Below are positions 8,441 through 18,270 of a stretch of 64,000 bases of DNA, piece after piece. Source of the DNA: Nocardioides sp. (GTDB taxonomy: Bacteria > Actinomycetota > Actinomycetes > Propionibacteriales > Nocardioidaceae); the NCBI GenBank assembly GCA_037045645.1, contig JBAOIH010000011.1:90208-154207 (forward strand), read 5' to 3'. Made by a program: the position numbers and the translations under genes. Every line of letters begins with the position of its first letter. The first letter of the stretch is position 1. The notes under the pieces were generated by a model. It had not been told where the DNA came from, did no database searches, and saw only the letters and a list, made by a program, of their open reading frames with translations.

Positions 8441-9916
8441 ATGACAACCGTTCCGCACGACGAGCACGACGAGGATGCCGCGCACCTGGCGTCTCTCGGC
8501 TACTCCACGGAGTTCAAGCGGGACATGAGCCCGTGGGCGAACTTCTCGCTCGGTTTTACCTACCTCTCCCCTGTCGCCGGCGTCTACACGGTCTTCGCGT
8601 TCGCGCTCGCGATGGCGGGCCCGCCGATGATCTGGACCCTTGTCATCGCCGGCGTCGGTCAGTTCTTCGTCGCCCTCGTCTTCGCCGAGGTGGTCGCGCA
8701 ATACCCCGTGGCTGGCGGCGTCTACCCCTGGGCACGGCGTCTGTGGGGCAAGAAATGGGCCTGGATGACCGGCTGGGTCTATATGTGTGCGCTCTTCGCA
8801 ACCATCGCATCGGTGTCGTACGGCTCGGCGCCCTATGTCGCCGCGGCATTCGAAGTCACCCCGACGGTCAACGCCACCATCATGTGTGCGATCGCGATTC
8901 TCACCCTGGCCACCATCATCAACTTCCTCGGCACGAAGGCGCTCTCCGTCGCCGCGATGCTGGGCTTCATCGCCGAACTCAGTGGCGCCCTGGTCGTCGG
9001 CCTCTGGCTGCTCATCGCCCACCGAGAGCACGGCGTAGGCATCATCTTCGACTCGATGGGCGCAGCCGACGGCCAGAGCTACTTCTGGGCGTTCGCGGCC
9101 GCCGCCCTCCTCGGCATCTACCAGTACTACGGCTTCGAGGCCTGCGGCGACGTCGCGGAAGAGGTCCCCAATCCGGGCAAACTCATCCCCAAGGCCATGC
9201 GTCGCACCATCTATATCGGCGGCGCGGCCGCCATCTGGGTGACGTTGGCGCTCGTGCTCGCCGTGACCGACATTCCAGCCGTCATCTCCGGCGAGAACAC
9301 CACCCCCGTCGAGACCGTGCTTGAGGAAGCCTTCGGCCACACCGGCGCCCGCATCGTCCTCTTCGTGGTGCTGCTGTCCTTCCTCTCCTGTGTGATCAGC
9401 CTTCAGGCCGCCGCCTCACGACTCGCGTTCTCCTACGGTCGCGACGACATGATCATGGGCTCCTCGCTGCTCAAGCAGTTCTGGCAGGCCCGCCACATTC
9501 CGCCGTACGCCCTGGCTCTCGCGGCCCTCGTGCCTACCCTGATCATCCTGGGCTCGAAGGTCTCCACCAACGCGACGGCCAAGATCGTGGGCTTCGCCGC
9601 CCTGGGCATCTACATCGGGTTCCAGATGGTCGTCCTGGCCGCGCTGCGCGCTCGTCTGAGGGGCTGGCAGCCCAGCGGCAAGTTCACGCTCGGGGGCTGG
9701 GGCCTGCCCGTGAACGTGCTCGCCCTTACCTGGGGGATCATGGGCATCATCTGCCTGATCCGCCCGCTGGGCGGGGACGGCGTCGCGTGGTACGACAACT
9801 GGTCCGTGCTGATCTCGGGACTCATCGTCTTGGCGGTGGGCCTGATCTACCAGGCGGTGCACCCCACTGCTGGGCGCAGTACCGCGCCGTTCGACACCGC
9901 CATTCCCAAGGAGTAG
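8441..9916 (+). CDS. APC-family amino acid/amine permease
   Basis: 491 aa, about 12 hydrophobic segments, typical APC N-terminal block (SLGFTYLSPVAGVYTVF). Confidence 0.8.
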   Translation: MTTVPHDEHDEDAAHLASLGYSTEFKRDMSPWANFSLGFTYLSPVAGVYTVFAFALAMAGPPMIWTLVIAGVGQFFVALVFAEVVAQYPVAGGVYPWARRLWGKKWAWMTGWVYMCALFATIASVSYGSAPYVAAAFEVTPTVNATIMCAIAILTLATIINFLGTKALSVAAMLGFIAELSGALVVGLWLLIAHREHGVGIIFDSMGAADGQSYFWAFAAAALLGIYQYYGFEACGDVAEEVPNPGKLIPKAMRRTIYIGGAAAIWVTLALVLAVTDIPAVISGENTTPVETVLEEAFGHTGARIVLFVVLLSFLSCVISLQAAASRLAFSYGRDDMIMGSSLLKQFWQARHIPPYALALAALVPTLIILGSKVSTNATAKIVGFAALGIYIGFQMVVLAALRARLRGWQPSGKFTLGGWGLPVNVLALTWGIMGIICLIRPLGGDGVAWYDNWSVLISGLIVLAVGLIYQAVHPTAGRSTAPFDTAIPKE

Positions 9917-9940
9917 CCCGACCGGGACCGGTCCTTCGGT

Positions 9941-9974
9941 GGGACGGTAGGCGGGCTAGCCTGCCTACCGTCCC
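9941..9974 (+). terminator. GC-rich hairpin downstream of the permease gene
   Basis: GGGACGGTAGGC...GCCTACCGTCCC forms a perfect 12-bp stem 25 nt after the stop codon. The U-tract is weak (ATCTTCC). Confidence 0.4.
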
Positions 9975-10037
9975 ATCTTCCGCGCGTCCGCACGGTGCGG
10001 GCGCCTCTCCACACACAGATTCGGGTGCACGAGGTTC

Positions 10038-11291
10038 ATGACCCAACCATCACTGTCCACCGGCAACGCACACTATGCGCCGGACCCCGGGACAGCGTGG
10101 GCCGAGGTGGACGCAGCGCGCGCGTTGCTCCCCCAGGGCCAACCGCTGGTCACGCTGGCCAACTGGCAGTCACCGGTCTACTTGCGGTGGGCGTTCCAGC
10201 ACATGCGCGAGGTGATGCCCAGCCAGGTCATCCACGGCACCGACACCCCCCGTCCCATGCCCGAGCGGCCACTGGATCTGGGAAGCGTGCAGGTCGGCGG
10301 GCTGGCCATGCCCGGGACCGTCGACGACGTGATCGCGCGTACGGACACCGACGGATTCCTCGTGCTGCACCAAGGCGAGTTGGTCTTCGAGCGCTACTTC
10401 GGCGACATGGTCCGCCGCAGCCGCCACCTGGTGATGTCGGTGTCGAAGTCGATCTTGTCGTGCGTGGCCGGAAGCCTGGCCGGCGACGGGATCTTGGACC
10501 CCACCGCGCCGGTGGAGACGTACGTGCCGGAGATGGCGGGCTCGGGCTATGCCGGGGCATCGGTGCAGACGTTGCTCGACATGCGCACCGGGATCCGCTT
10601 CCACGAGACCTATCTCGACCCGCACTCGGAAGTCCGCGTGATGGAGCGGTCGATGGGCTGGGCCCCACGCAATCACGGCGACCCGCTCGGCATGTATCCC
10701 TACATCCTCACCATCGAGGGCGAGGGCGACCACGACGGGATCTTCACCTACCGCTCCATCGACACCGATGCACTCGGCTGGATCTGCGAGCGGGCAGCCG
10801 GGGAGCGGATGTCGAAGCTCACCTCACAGCGATTGTGGCAGCCGATGGGCGCCTTCCACGACGCCGAGGTGACGGCGGACCCCCTGGGCAGCGCCATCCA
10901 CGACGGCGGCATCTCGGCGACCCTGCGCGACCTTGGCCGACTCGGCCTGATGCTGCTCGACTACGGCCGCGTCGGGCAGCACCAGATCGTCCCGGCGCAG
11001 TGGATCGAGACCGCGGCCCACCCGCCGGCTGACGTACGCCAAGCCTTCGCCGACTCAGAGAACGAGGCCTACCTGCCCGGAGGCTGGTATCGCAACCAGT
11101 TCTGGTTCGTGCCCGGTGACAACGGGCCGATCCTGCTGTGCCTGGGCATCCACGGCCAGATGGTGTTCGTCGAATGGTCGACGGGCACGGTGGGCGTGAA
11201 GCTCTCCTCGTGGCCGGCCCCGCAGGATCTCGATCGCCTCACCTCCACGATCGCGGCCTTCCGCGCGATCGCCCGCGAGCTGTCGAGCTGA
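10038..11291 (+). CDS. beta-lactamase-fold serine hydrolase (NylB / aminopeptidase-like amidase)
   Basis: SxxK nucleophile motif (SVSKS). The C-terminal block YRNQFWFVP...LLCLGIHGQMVFV...VKLSSWP is shared with the paralog at 12879-14003. Confidence 0.7.
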   Translation: MTQPSLSTGNAHYAPDPGTAWAEVDAARALLPQGQPLVTLANWQSPVYLRWAFQHMREVMPSQVIHGTDTPRPMPERPLDLGSVQVGGLAMPGTVDDVIARTDTDGFLVLHQGELVFERYFGDMVRRSRHLVMSVSKSILSCVAGSLAGDGILDPTAPVETYVPEMAGSGYAGASVQTLLDMRTGIRFHETYLDPHSEVRVMERSMGWAPRNHGDPLGMYPYILTIEGEGDHDGIFTYRSIDTDALGWICERAAGERMSKLTSQRLWQPMGAFHDAEVTADPLGSAIHDGGISATLRDLGRLGLMLLDYGRVGQHQIVPAQWIETAAHPPADVRQAFADSENEAYLPGGWYRNQFWFVPGDNGPILLCLGIHGQMVFVEWSTGTVGVKLSSWPAPQDLDRLTSTIAAFRAIARELSS

Positions 11292-11292
11292 C

Positions 11293-12837
11293 CTACTTCA
11301 GGTAGGCCAGATAGTTGGCGCCGACCGGGATCTCGTCCACGGGGGTCGCCTCGTACCCCTCCTTGATGCCGTCGATGAAGTGCAGGCACTTCTCGGTCAG
11401 CCCGTTGTCGATCTGCATGCGCGCCTTGGTCACCAAGATGCCGAGGTCCGCGCCCTTGAACAGGTAGCCACCCTCGCCGTACACGCGCAGGAAGAACGCC
11501 TCGTCGGTGTCGTTGAGGTAATGCCAGTCGAGAGTGTTGCGTTCGTACTCCAAGGTGCCATCGGGCTGGAGGCGATAGATGCCGGTCTTGGGCGCCTTCT
11601 CGATCAGTTTCACCCGCTCGTCGGAGGTCTTCATGATCAGTTGGCTCCACACGTCGACCGCCGCCAGTTCGCGCCAACGCTGGTTGATCTCGTCCACGTC
11701 GAGGTCGTAGTCGACGTCGAGATATTCGAGCAGGTGGAAGAGGAACAGCGGCACATCGGCGTACGCCCCCGCGGTCACGTTGGTCATCGAGCTCGCACCC
11801 GAGATGCGCGGGTTCAGCTCGCCCAGATAGACCTCGTCGGTGTCGGTATCCACCAGCACGTCCACCTCGAAGAAGCCGTGGTAGCCCTCGTCGCGCAGCC
11901 GGTCACCAAGCCGGGACACGTGCTCGATCGCGCGGCTGCGCTGGGCATCGGTGAGCGCCTCCGGATAGAGGTCGTTGCCGCACCAGCCACCGCGATAGGG
12001 GGTGAGCTCGGTGTAGCCGGTCAGGTCGGTCATGAACGGTCCGACGACCGTGCCGTGGCGGGTGTTGACCGCCTCGACGGCCGCCGCGAGGTTGTTGATC
12101 CGCTTCATCACCTTCAACAGCTCACCGGTGACATCGGCCGCGCACTTGTTCCAGTCCTCGCGAGAAGCGACGAAGAAGGTCGTCTTGCCCGAGTCACCGT
12201 ACGCCGTCTGCAACACCAGGTCGGTGCCGAGCCCGGCGGCCGTGGACTGCTCGTTGAGGTCGTCGTACGACTCCACCGTGGTCAAGATGTTCGGCACCGA
12301 AGGCGCACCCGCCTCGTTGCCGAGTCGGGTGGTGGTGATCTTCGAATCGAGGCGATTGCGCAACTCGAACGAAGGCAGGATCAGGTCGTAGCCGAGCTCC
12401 TCGCAGATCGCCTCGGTCTCCTCGTCGAAGAAGACCATCGCAACCTTCGGGCGATCGCCGGTGCGCTTGACGGCCTTCGCGATCCGTTCGCGTACGGCCG
12501 GGTGCCGCAGCAGGTAGTTGTTGATGTCCTCACCGGACGTGAAGTCCTCGTGCTCGATCTCCGCCGGCGAGAACACGCGTGGGTGGTAGCCGTCCCAGGA
12601 GTCGTAATAGGAGATGAACGACAAGTTGCGCACCCAGCGGTCGATCCCCAGGAGGTTGAACGCAGTGGGGCCGACGAAGAAGATCGGGACCTCGTTGGTG
12701 CGAAAGAACGTACGGATCTCCGACATGTTGCGAAGGTGGCGCCGTTCGGGTGCCCCCGACTCTGGCCTTGCCTGTGGGTTGGACTCCGGCTGCTGCTGCT
12801 CCGGCGGCTGGTTCTGCGGGCGACGGGTGGTGCTCAT
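11293..12837 (-). CDS. ATP-grasp domain carboxylate-amine ligase-like protein with a long N-terminal pre-domain
   Basis: ATP-grasp core blocks (LVLQTAYGDSGKTTFFV, FFEVDVLVDTDTDEVYLGELNPRISGAS). The start is placed at MSTTRRPQ (12837). The Q/P-rich N-terminus is low complexity. Confidence 0.65.
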   Translation of the reverse strand: MSTTRRPQNQPPEQQQPESNPQARPESGAPERRHLRNMSEIRTFFRTNEVPIFFVGPTAFNLLGIDRWVRNLSFISYYDSWDGYHPRVFSPAEIEHEDFTSGEDINNYLLRHPAVRERIAKAVKRTGDRPKVAMVFFDEETEAICEELGYDLILPSFELRNRLDSKITTTRLGNEAGAPSVPNILTTVESYDDLNEQSTAAGLGTDLVLQTAYGDSGKTTFFVASREDWNKCAADVTGELLKVMKRINNLAAAVEAVNTRHGTVVGPFMTDLTGYTELTPYRGGWCGNDLYPEALTDAQRSRAIEHVSRLGDRLRDEGYHGFFEVDVLVDTDTDEVYLGELNPRISGASSMTNVTAGAYADVPLFLFHLLEYLDVDYDLDVDEINQRWRELAAVDVWSQLIMKTSDERVKLIEKAPKTGIYRLQPDGTLEYERNTLDWHYLNDTDEAFFLRVYGEGGYLFKGADLGILVTKARMQIDNGLTEKCLHFIDGIKEGYEATPVDEIPVGANYLAYLK

Positions 12838-12878
12838 CAGGAACTCCTTCAGTAGCGAGATGGCGGTGCGCAACATGG

Positions 12879-14003
12879 TCAGGCGATCAGGTGAGGGCGG
12901 TCGGGGCGATGTCCACCGAGCGTCTCCGCGACGGTGGCGGCACAGGTCAGGCCGAGGCTGAAGAGGTCGGGGTCACGGGCATCAGGCCAGCTGGAGAGCT
13001 TCACGATCACCGCTTCGTTGTCAGGATCGACCAGCAGCAACTGCCCGTGGATGCCCAGGCACAACAGCCGTCGCCCGCGCTGGGCCGGCACCCAGAACTG
13101 GTTGCGATAGATGGTCGCCACGTTGGCTGGCGCGTCGATCTCGCGACGCGAGAGACTCTCGCGGAAAGCCGCCACGGAGTCGTCTGCACCGGCGCGTACG
13201 TCCTGGAGAAAGCGCACGGGCACCACTTGTGTCATCCCCACCGCACCCCCGTTGAGCAGCATCAGCCCAAACCTGGCGAGATCGCGCGCGGTCATGGCCA
13301 GGCCGCCGCCGTAGTGCGGCACGCCGAGTCGATCCACGCTGATCGAGCACTCCGATTCCAGGCCCAGGGGCGTAAGCAGATCCGCCAGCAACGAGACGAG
13401 CGGACGCCCTGCAGCGACCTCCAAGACCCAGGCGAGCGCCTCGGTATCGAGAGTGCGATAGGCGAAGGGTCCGCCGCTGATGCCTAGGCGAGGGGAGTAC
13501 GCAACCAAGCCGCGCAACGTCGGCCGAGACTCGTCGACACCCAACAGTGCGTTGCCGATCAGGGCAACCTCGCCATCGGGATCGTCATGATCCTCGCGGT
13601 AGTCACCACCGGTGCGCTGGTCGAGCAGGTCGCGTACGGTCACGTCGGCGTAACCGCCGTTCGCCAGATCGGGTACGTAGGCCACGGCGGGCGCGGCCAC
13701 GTCGAGCAACCCCTGCTCCACCAGGACACCGGCCGCGCAGCCGATCATGGACTTGGTAATCGACATCAACGCCTGAGGCGCGGTCTCCAGGGACCGCTCG
13801 GCGTACCACTGCTCCACCACTTCGCCTCGATGCAGTGCCACGAACGCGTCGGTGTGCGAGCGTTCGAGAGCAGTACGCAGGGATTCTGGCCGGGATTCGC
13901 CGTAGACCAGCTCCCGATCAAGCAACTCACCAGCCCCCAGTGGGAGCGCCCGCACCTGGCCCAGTCCGTGTCCGACCGGCAGGCGGACACCCACTGGCAA
14001 CAC
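12879..14003 (-). CDS. beta-lactamase-fold serine hydrolase, paralog of 10038-11291
   Basis: SxxK motif (SITKS) and YRNQFWVPA...LLCLGIHGQLLLV...VKLSSWP. It lies upstream of, and co-directional with, the ATP-grasp gene. Confidence 0.7.
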   Translation of the reverse strand: MLPVGVRLPVGHGLGQVRALPLGAGELLDRELVYGESRPESLRTALERSHTDAFVALHRGEVVEQWYAERSLETAPQALMSITKSMIGCAAGVLVEQGLLDVAAPAVAYVPDLANGGYADVTVRDLLDQRTGGDYREDHDDPDGEVALIGNALLGVDESRPTLRGLVAYSPRLGISGGPFAYRTLDTEALAWVLEVAAGRPLVSLLADLLTPLGLESECSISVDRLGVPHYGGGLAMTARDLARFGLMLLNGGAVGMTQVVPVRFLQDVRAGADDSVAAFRESLSRREIDAPANVATIYRNQFWVPAQRGRRLLCLGIHGQLLLVDPDNEAVIVKLSSWPDARDPDLFSLGLTCAATVAETLGGHRPDRPHLIA

Positions 14004-14116
14004 AGGTCAGACCGCCTCGGGCGCGGGGTGCATGACTTAAACATATAGGACTAGATCATTGTTTCGGTACCCTTAGTCTGGCCACGCGTTGCCCCGACTC
14101 GCAGGGAGAGTTCCGG

Positions 14117-15925
14117 ATGCAGGAGTTCGTCGATTTCCTGGGTCGCCACGCCCCGTACGACGGCCTCGAAACCGCGGAGTTGAAGCGGTTGGGCCGCCGC
14201 GTGAAGGTGGCCTTCTATCGCGCCGGGGAGACGATCGTCGAGAGCGGGAAGGGGCACTTCGAGCATCTGGCGATCGTCCGAACTGGGCTGGTCCAGATGC
14301 TCGACCGTTCCCAGGTCGTCGACGAACTCGGTCCGGGCGACACCTTCGGGCAGTACTGGCTGCTCGGACGCCAGAGTGCCACCGTGGCCGTCCGCGCCGC
14401 GACCGACACCTTGCTCTATCTACTGCCCGATCCGGCCACGGTGCTGGAGCACCCCGAGGCTTTGCGATTCGAGAGTCTGGGGCGCGGCGAAACCCGGCGG
14501 ACATTGCTGACCAGCGCGGCGATCGACTCGACGATGCGCCCGGTGACCGACCACATGTCACCCCCGCTGTGGTGTGACAGTCGAGTCACGATCCGCGAAG
14601 CGGCGCGGGTGATGACGCAGGCTCGGGGCTCGTGCGTGCTGATCCGGCTGGGCCGCGAGTTGGGCATCATGACCGACAGCGACTGCCGCAAGCGAGTTGC
14701 GACCGGCGAGATGTCGGTGCACTCGCCCCTGTCGTCGATCGTGTCGGCACCGGCGATGACGATTCGCTCAGACGCGACCGCGGCCTCGGCCTTCACCACG
14801 ATGGTGCACCACGGCGTACACCACCTGGTCGTGCTCGACCCTCGCGGTGAGGTCGTCGGCGTGTGTCGAGCCATCGATCTGGCTGCGGCTGAAATCCGCG
14901 ACCCGTTGACGATCCGCGCCTCGATCGACCAGGCGACGTCCCTGGAGGAACTCAGCGCTGCGGCGGGACTGCTGCGCCCGACGTGCGTGGATCTCTACGA
15001 CGCCGGTGTGCCACCGCTGCGGATCGGCGCGATCCTGAGCGCGATGATCGACGCCGTCTTGGAGAAGGTGGTGCGCTGGACGCCACCCTTCGACGAGGCC
15101 GGGGATGCGTACGCCTGGTCAGTACTCGGCTCGGTGGCCCGCCGCGAGCCATTGCCGACCTCCGATGTGGACACCGCGCTGATCTGGGCGAACCCGACCG
15201 ACAAGTCGCAAACCCAGATCATCTTGCAGCAGGCCGACGAGGTGATCCAGGGGCTGGAGCGATGCGGACTCGAGCGATGCCCTGACGGCGCGAACGCCTC
15301 CAACCCACTTTTCGGCCGGCCCTATGAGCAGTGGGTGCAGCGGGCCAGCAAGTGGTACGCCAATCCCGACGCGGAAGGCGCGTTGCTGCTGGGGGCCATG
15401 CTCGCCGACAGCCGGGCGGTGACCGGTCTGGTCCTCGGGCGGAGCCTGGACGAGGCGGTCCACGCCTTGCCCGGCAGCGATGACTTCGCCCGTCGTACCC
15501 TTGCCAACGCACTCACCCACCGGCCACCGCTGGGGTTCGTGAAGGACTTCGTGGTCGACCACGACGGCGAGCACCGCGGCAAACTCAACCTCAAGCAGGG
15601 CGGCCTCAGCCCGATCGTGGGCCTGGGGCGTTGGGTGGCGGTGAAGACTCGTTCGCCGATCGCCTCGACACAGGACCGCTTGCAGCAGGGTTTGGAGGCG
15701 GGCCTGCTGACCGCTGACGAGTGCGCGCAGCTTCAGCATGCGCACCGCGAGATCTTCGAGATGATCTTCGTCAATCAGATCGAGGCGATTCGTGAGGGCG
15801 TACGCCCCAGCACCTGGATCGATCCCCGCGAGATCGACACGCTGCGCCGACGACACCTGCGGTCTTCGTTCAAGGCGATCCACCGGGTGCAGAGCCGACT
15901 CGAAGCCGAGCGGGGTGGGCCATGA
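14117..15925 (+). CDS. cNMP-binding / tandem-CBS / DUF294-type putative nucleotidyltransferase
   Basis: An N-terminal cyclic-nucleotide-binding-like domain (FYRAGETIVESG...GDTFG), CBS-like repeats, then a GlnD-like nucleotidyltransferase region (GSVARREPLPTSDVDTALIW) and a helical C-terminal domain. Confidence 0.7.
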   Translation: MQEFVDFLGRHAPYDGLETAELKRLGRRVKVAFYRAGETIVESGKGHFEHLAIVRTGLVQMLDRSQVVDELGPGDTFGQYWLLGRQSATVAVRAATDTLLYLLPDPATVLEHPEALRFESLGRGETRRTLLTSAAIDSTMRPVTDHMSPPLWCDSRVTIREAARVMTQARGSCVLIRLGRELGIMTDSDCRKRVATGEMSVHSPLSSIVSAPAMTIRSDATAASAFTTMVHHGVHHLVVLDPRGEVVGVCRAIDLAAAEIRDPLTIRASIDQATSLEELSAAAGLLRPTCVDLYDAGVPPLRIGAILSAMIDAVLEKVVRWTPPFDEAGDAYAWSVLGSVARREPLPTSDVDTALIWANPTDKSQTQIILQQADEVIQGLERCGLERCPDGANASNPLFGRPYEQWVQRASKWYANPDAEGALLLGAMLADSRAVTGLVLGRSLDEAVHALPGSDDFARRTLANALTHRPPLGFVKDFVVDHDGEHRGKLNLKQGGLSPIVGLGRWVAVKTRSPIASTQDRLQQGLEAGLLTADECAQLQHAHREIFEMIFVNQIEAIREGVRPSTWIDPREIDTLRRRHLRSSFKAIHRVQSRLEAERGGP

Positions 15926-16563
15926 GGTTGTGGCGCCGCGTCAGCACGTGGAGCGCCCCGCTCGAAGGCCCTTGGCGAGATGCGCGCTTCACGGTCATCG
16001 ACGTGGAGACCACGGGCCTGGACCTGGACTCTGACGAGATCGTGTCGATCGGCGCGGTGGATGTCGTGCAGGGACGCGTGGACAACGCCACCTCGTGGTA
16101 CCAGCCCGTACGCCCGTCTTGCCCGATCGCCACCGAGGCGTTGAAGATCCACTCCCTGACCCGAGACGAACTCGCCTCCGCACCGACGATGCCCCAGGTG
16201 ATCGACGCACTCCACGCACGGCTGCACGGCTCGGTGCTCGTGGCGCACGCGGCCTGGATCGAGCGGGCATTCTTGAACCGGGCGCTGGCGCCGCTGCGCC
16301 AACGCGTACCCGAGGGGCTGGTCGACACCGCCGCCCTGGCGCGAGCGTGCGGGCGTGGCGTGGAGGTCGAGGGCCACGAACCCAGCCTCGAGCTGCTTGC
16401 CCGACAACTGGATCTGCCTGTTTTCACTCCACACCACGCACTCGGGGACGCGCTCACCACGGCGGTCTTGTTCATCGTGTTGATGGGCCATCTCGAACGT
16501 GATCGAGAGCCCCTTCAGGTTGCCGACGTGGTGCGGCTCAGCCGCAAGCACGCGCAGGGGTAA
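15922..16563 (+). CDS. DEDD-type 3'-5' exonuclease (DnaQ/epsilon-like domain)
   Basis: Exo I motif FTVIDVETTGL, a downstream LVAHAAWIERAF block and HHALGDAL (Exo III). The ATG overlaps the stop of the DUF294 gene (ATGA). Confidence 0.75.
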   Translation: MRLWRRVSTWSAPLEGPWRDARFTVIDVETTGLDLDSDEIVSIGAVDVVQGRVDNATSWYQPVRPSCPIATEALKIHSLTRDELASAPTMPQVIDALHARLHGSVLVAHAAWIERAFLNRALAPLRQRVPEGLVDTAALARACGRGVEVEGHEPSLELLARQLDLPVFTPHHALGDALTTAVLFIVLMGHLERDREPLQVADVVRLSRKHAQG

Positions 16564-16587
16564 GTAGTCGGCACGCTGTCAGCCAGA

Positions 16588-16980
16588 TCAGCGGCTTCTT
16601 CCATGAACGCGAACCGCGGCCTTGTGGCCTCCACCGTCGAGTTTGACATCGCACGTGTGCAGCGGAGCTCCCAGCGCCTCCGCCAGGGCAAGGTAGCTGG
16701 CGTCATAACTCGTGAACTGGTGACGCAGGTCCCACACGCGCCCGACCAGTGGCGCCATTTCGCGTCTGTCGATCGACAAATCGAAGTAGTGGCTCAGTGC
16801 AGCCTCGGCCGAGGGCTGCGGCAGCTTGTGACCGAGAACGAGTCCACGCAGCACTGACACCACCTCGATGTCCAGCAGGTGCGGTGCGGCCACATCGCCG
16901 GCAAGCGCATCGAGCAAGCTCGCCTCCACATCGCGACCAACCAAGGCCTCCACCATGGCGGAGGCGTCGATGACGATCAC
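16588..16980 (-). CDS. vapC: PIN-domain toxin (VapC-type)
   Basis: The N-terminus MIVIDASAMVE carries the first acidic PIN residue. 130 aa, with a 4-nt overlap onto the upstream antitoxin. Confidence 0.8.
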   Translation of the reverse strand: MIVIDASAMVEALVGRDVEASLLDALAGDVAAPHLLDIEVVSVLRGLVLGHKLPQPSAEAALSHYFDLSIDRREMAPLVGRVWDLRHQFTSYDASYLALAEALGAPLHTCDVKLDGGGHKAAVRVHGRSR

Positions 16981-17204
16981 CTGCGCGACTGCGCGAGCGT
17001 GTCGACGATGTCAGTGCTCGTGGGCCCAAGGCTTCGGTCCAACTGCCGCAGGCGCTCCACGATCTCGGCGTTGGTGGGACGCGATGCGATGCGTCCGAGC
17101 TCGGCGACAACATACGCAGAGACCGACTTACCTTCCGCAGCGGCGCGCGCCTTCAAAGTGGCCGCTACCTCGTCCGGAACGTCACGCACGTACAGGGTTG
17201 TCAT
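16977..17204 (-). CDS. vapB: ribbon-helix-helix antitoxin (VapB/FitA-like)
   Basis: MTTLYVRDVPDEVAATLKARAAAEGKSVSAYV is an RHH signature. The start is placed at the internal ATG 17204. Confidence 0.7.
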   Translation of the reverse strand: MTTLYVRDVPDEVAATLKARAAAEGKSVSAYVVAELGRIASRPTNAEIVERLRQLDRSLGPTSTDIVDTLAQSRR

Positions 17205-17336
17205 GAACTGGATGCTAGCAACGTGCAAGCGTCCGATCCATCGGGCTGCGTCAGCGCGCGACGGGTCTCAGACTGCTCAGGCTCTGTTGGTCTGGCGCGA
17301 CCGCATGCCTCTGCCTCAGCCGCCGCGTACAGCGCT

Positions 17337-17873
17337 CGGCCCGGACTTGAACGGTTGCTGACGATCCAGGAGTTGTCCGACTACCTCGGCATCCCGGCGG
17401 TCAGCACCCTCGACCGCTTCCTCAACACCGAGGCCCAGCGGGGTGTTTCGCGTGGCCGCCATGGCCGCGTCGTACTCGGTCAGGTCCTCGACCTCGCAGT
17501 CCGCCACGATGCGCTCCCGCGCAAACCGGTCCGCGGGACAGCGCCGCTGCGACGTTCGCGTTCGGAGATCCGCTCGCTGTCCCTGAACGACTTGGCTGAG
17601 GTACGCCGCATCCTCCGCGACCACCGCACTGGCCCTGGCATTCCGCGACCTCCTCCGGACGGTCAGCTCGCCCAGATCTTCGAGGTGATGCTCGGAACCT
17701 CGGCCCGCCTCGGTGAAGCGCTGGCCGTCCGGCGACAGATGTCGACCTTGATCACGAGCCGCCTCTGGTCACGATCACCGGCACGATCGTCTACATCCGC
17801 GGGCAGGGCCTCACCTGCCAGCCGCACCCCAAGCACTCCAAGTACCGCGGATCATGTCGACGACACCCGATGA
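17337..17873 (+). pseudogene. tyrosine-recombinase (phage-type integrase) remnant with an excisionase-like HTH start; frameshifted and 3'-truncated
   Basis: LLTIQELSDYLGIP (HTH), LSLNDLAEVRRILRDHR and IFEVMLGTSARLGEALAVRR lie in one frame. DVDLDHEPPLVTITGTIVYIRGQGL...PKHSKYR continues in another frame from about 17738. The catalytic HxxR/Y region is absent. Confidence 0.55.
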
Positions 17874-18048
17874 CTCGGCGTGGTCCCTGTATGAGGACCG
17901 CGAAGTCGACTGCCGTGTCGTTGTAGGTCGCGACGTAGGTCTCGGTGCCGGCGCTCAGGCAGTTGGTTCGAACTGCTGTCGCTTGGGAGGTGCGCCAGTC
18001 CGCGGCAGATCCGGAGGTTGCTATCATGCGATATCAGGGAGGTGGAAG

Positions 18049-18270
18049 ATGCCTGACGTGTTGATCAGAGACGTGCCGGGGGAGGACCTGGCTGCTCTTG
18101 ACGAGCATGCCAAGAAGATGGGGCTGACTCGGAGTGAGTACTTGCGTCGGCGGCTGCACGCTGAGGCGCGCCGCACCACCTCGTCCGTGACGGTGCAGGA
18201 CTTCAGCACCCTCGCCGCCACGATTGCGGATCTGACCGATCCCGACGTGATGCGTGATGCCTGGTCATGA
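18049..18270 (+). CDS. vapB: ribbon-helix-helix antitoxin (VapB-type)
   Basis: [36 protein letters not shown], with GGGAGGTGG ahead of the ATG and a 4-nt overlap onto the downstream PIN gene. Confidence 0.7.
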   Translation: MPDVLIRDVPGEDLAALDEHAKKMGLTRSEYLRRRLHAEARRTTSSVTVQDFSTLAATIADLTDPDVMRDAWS

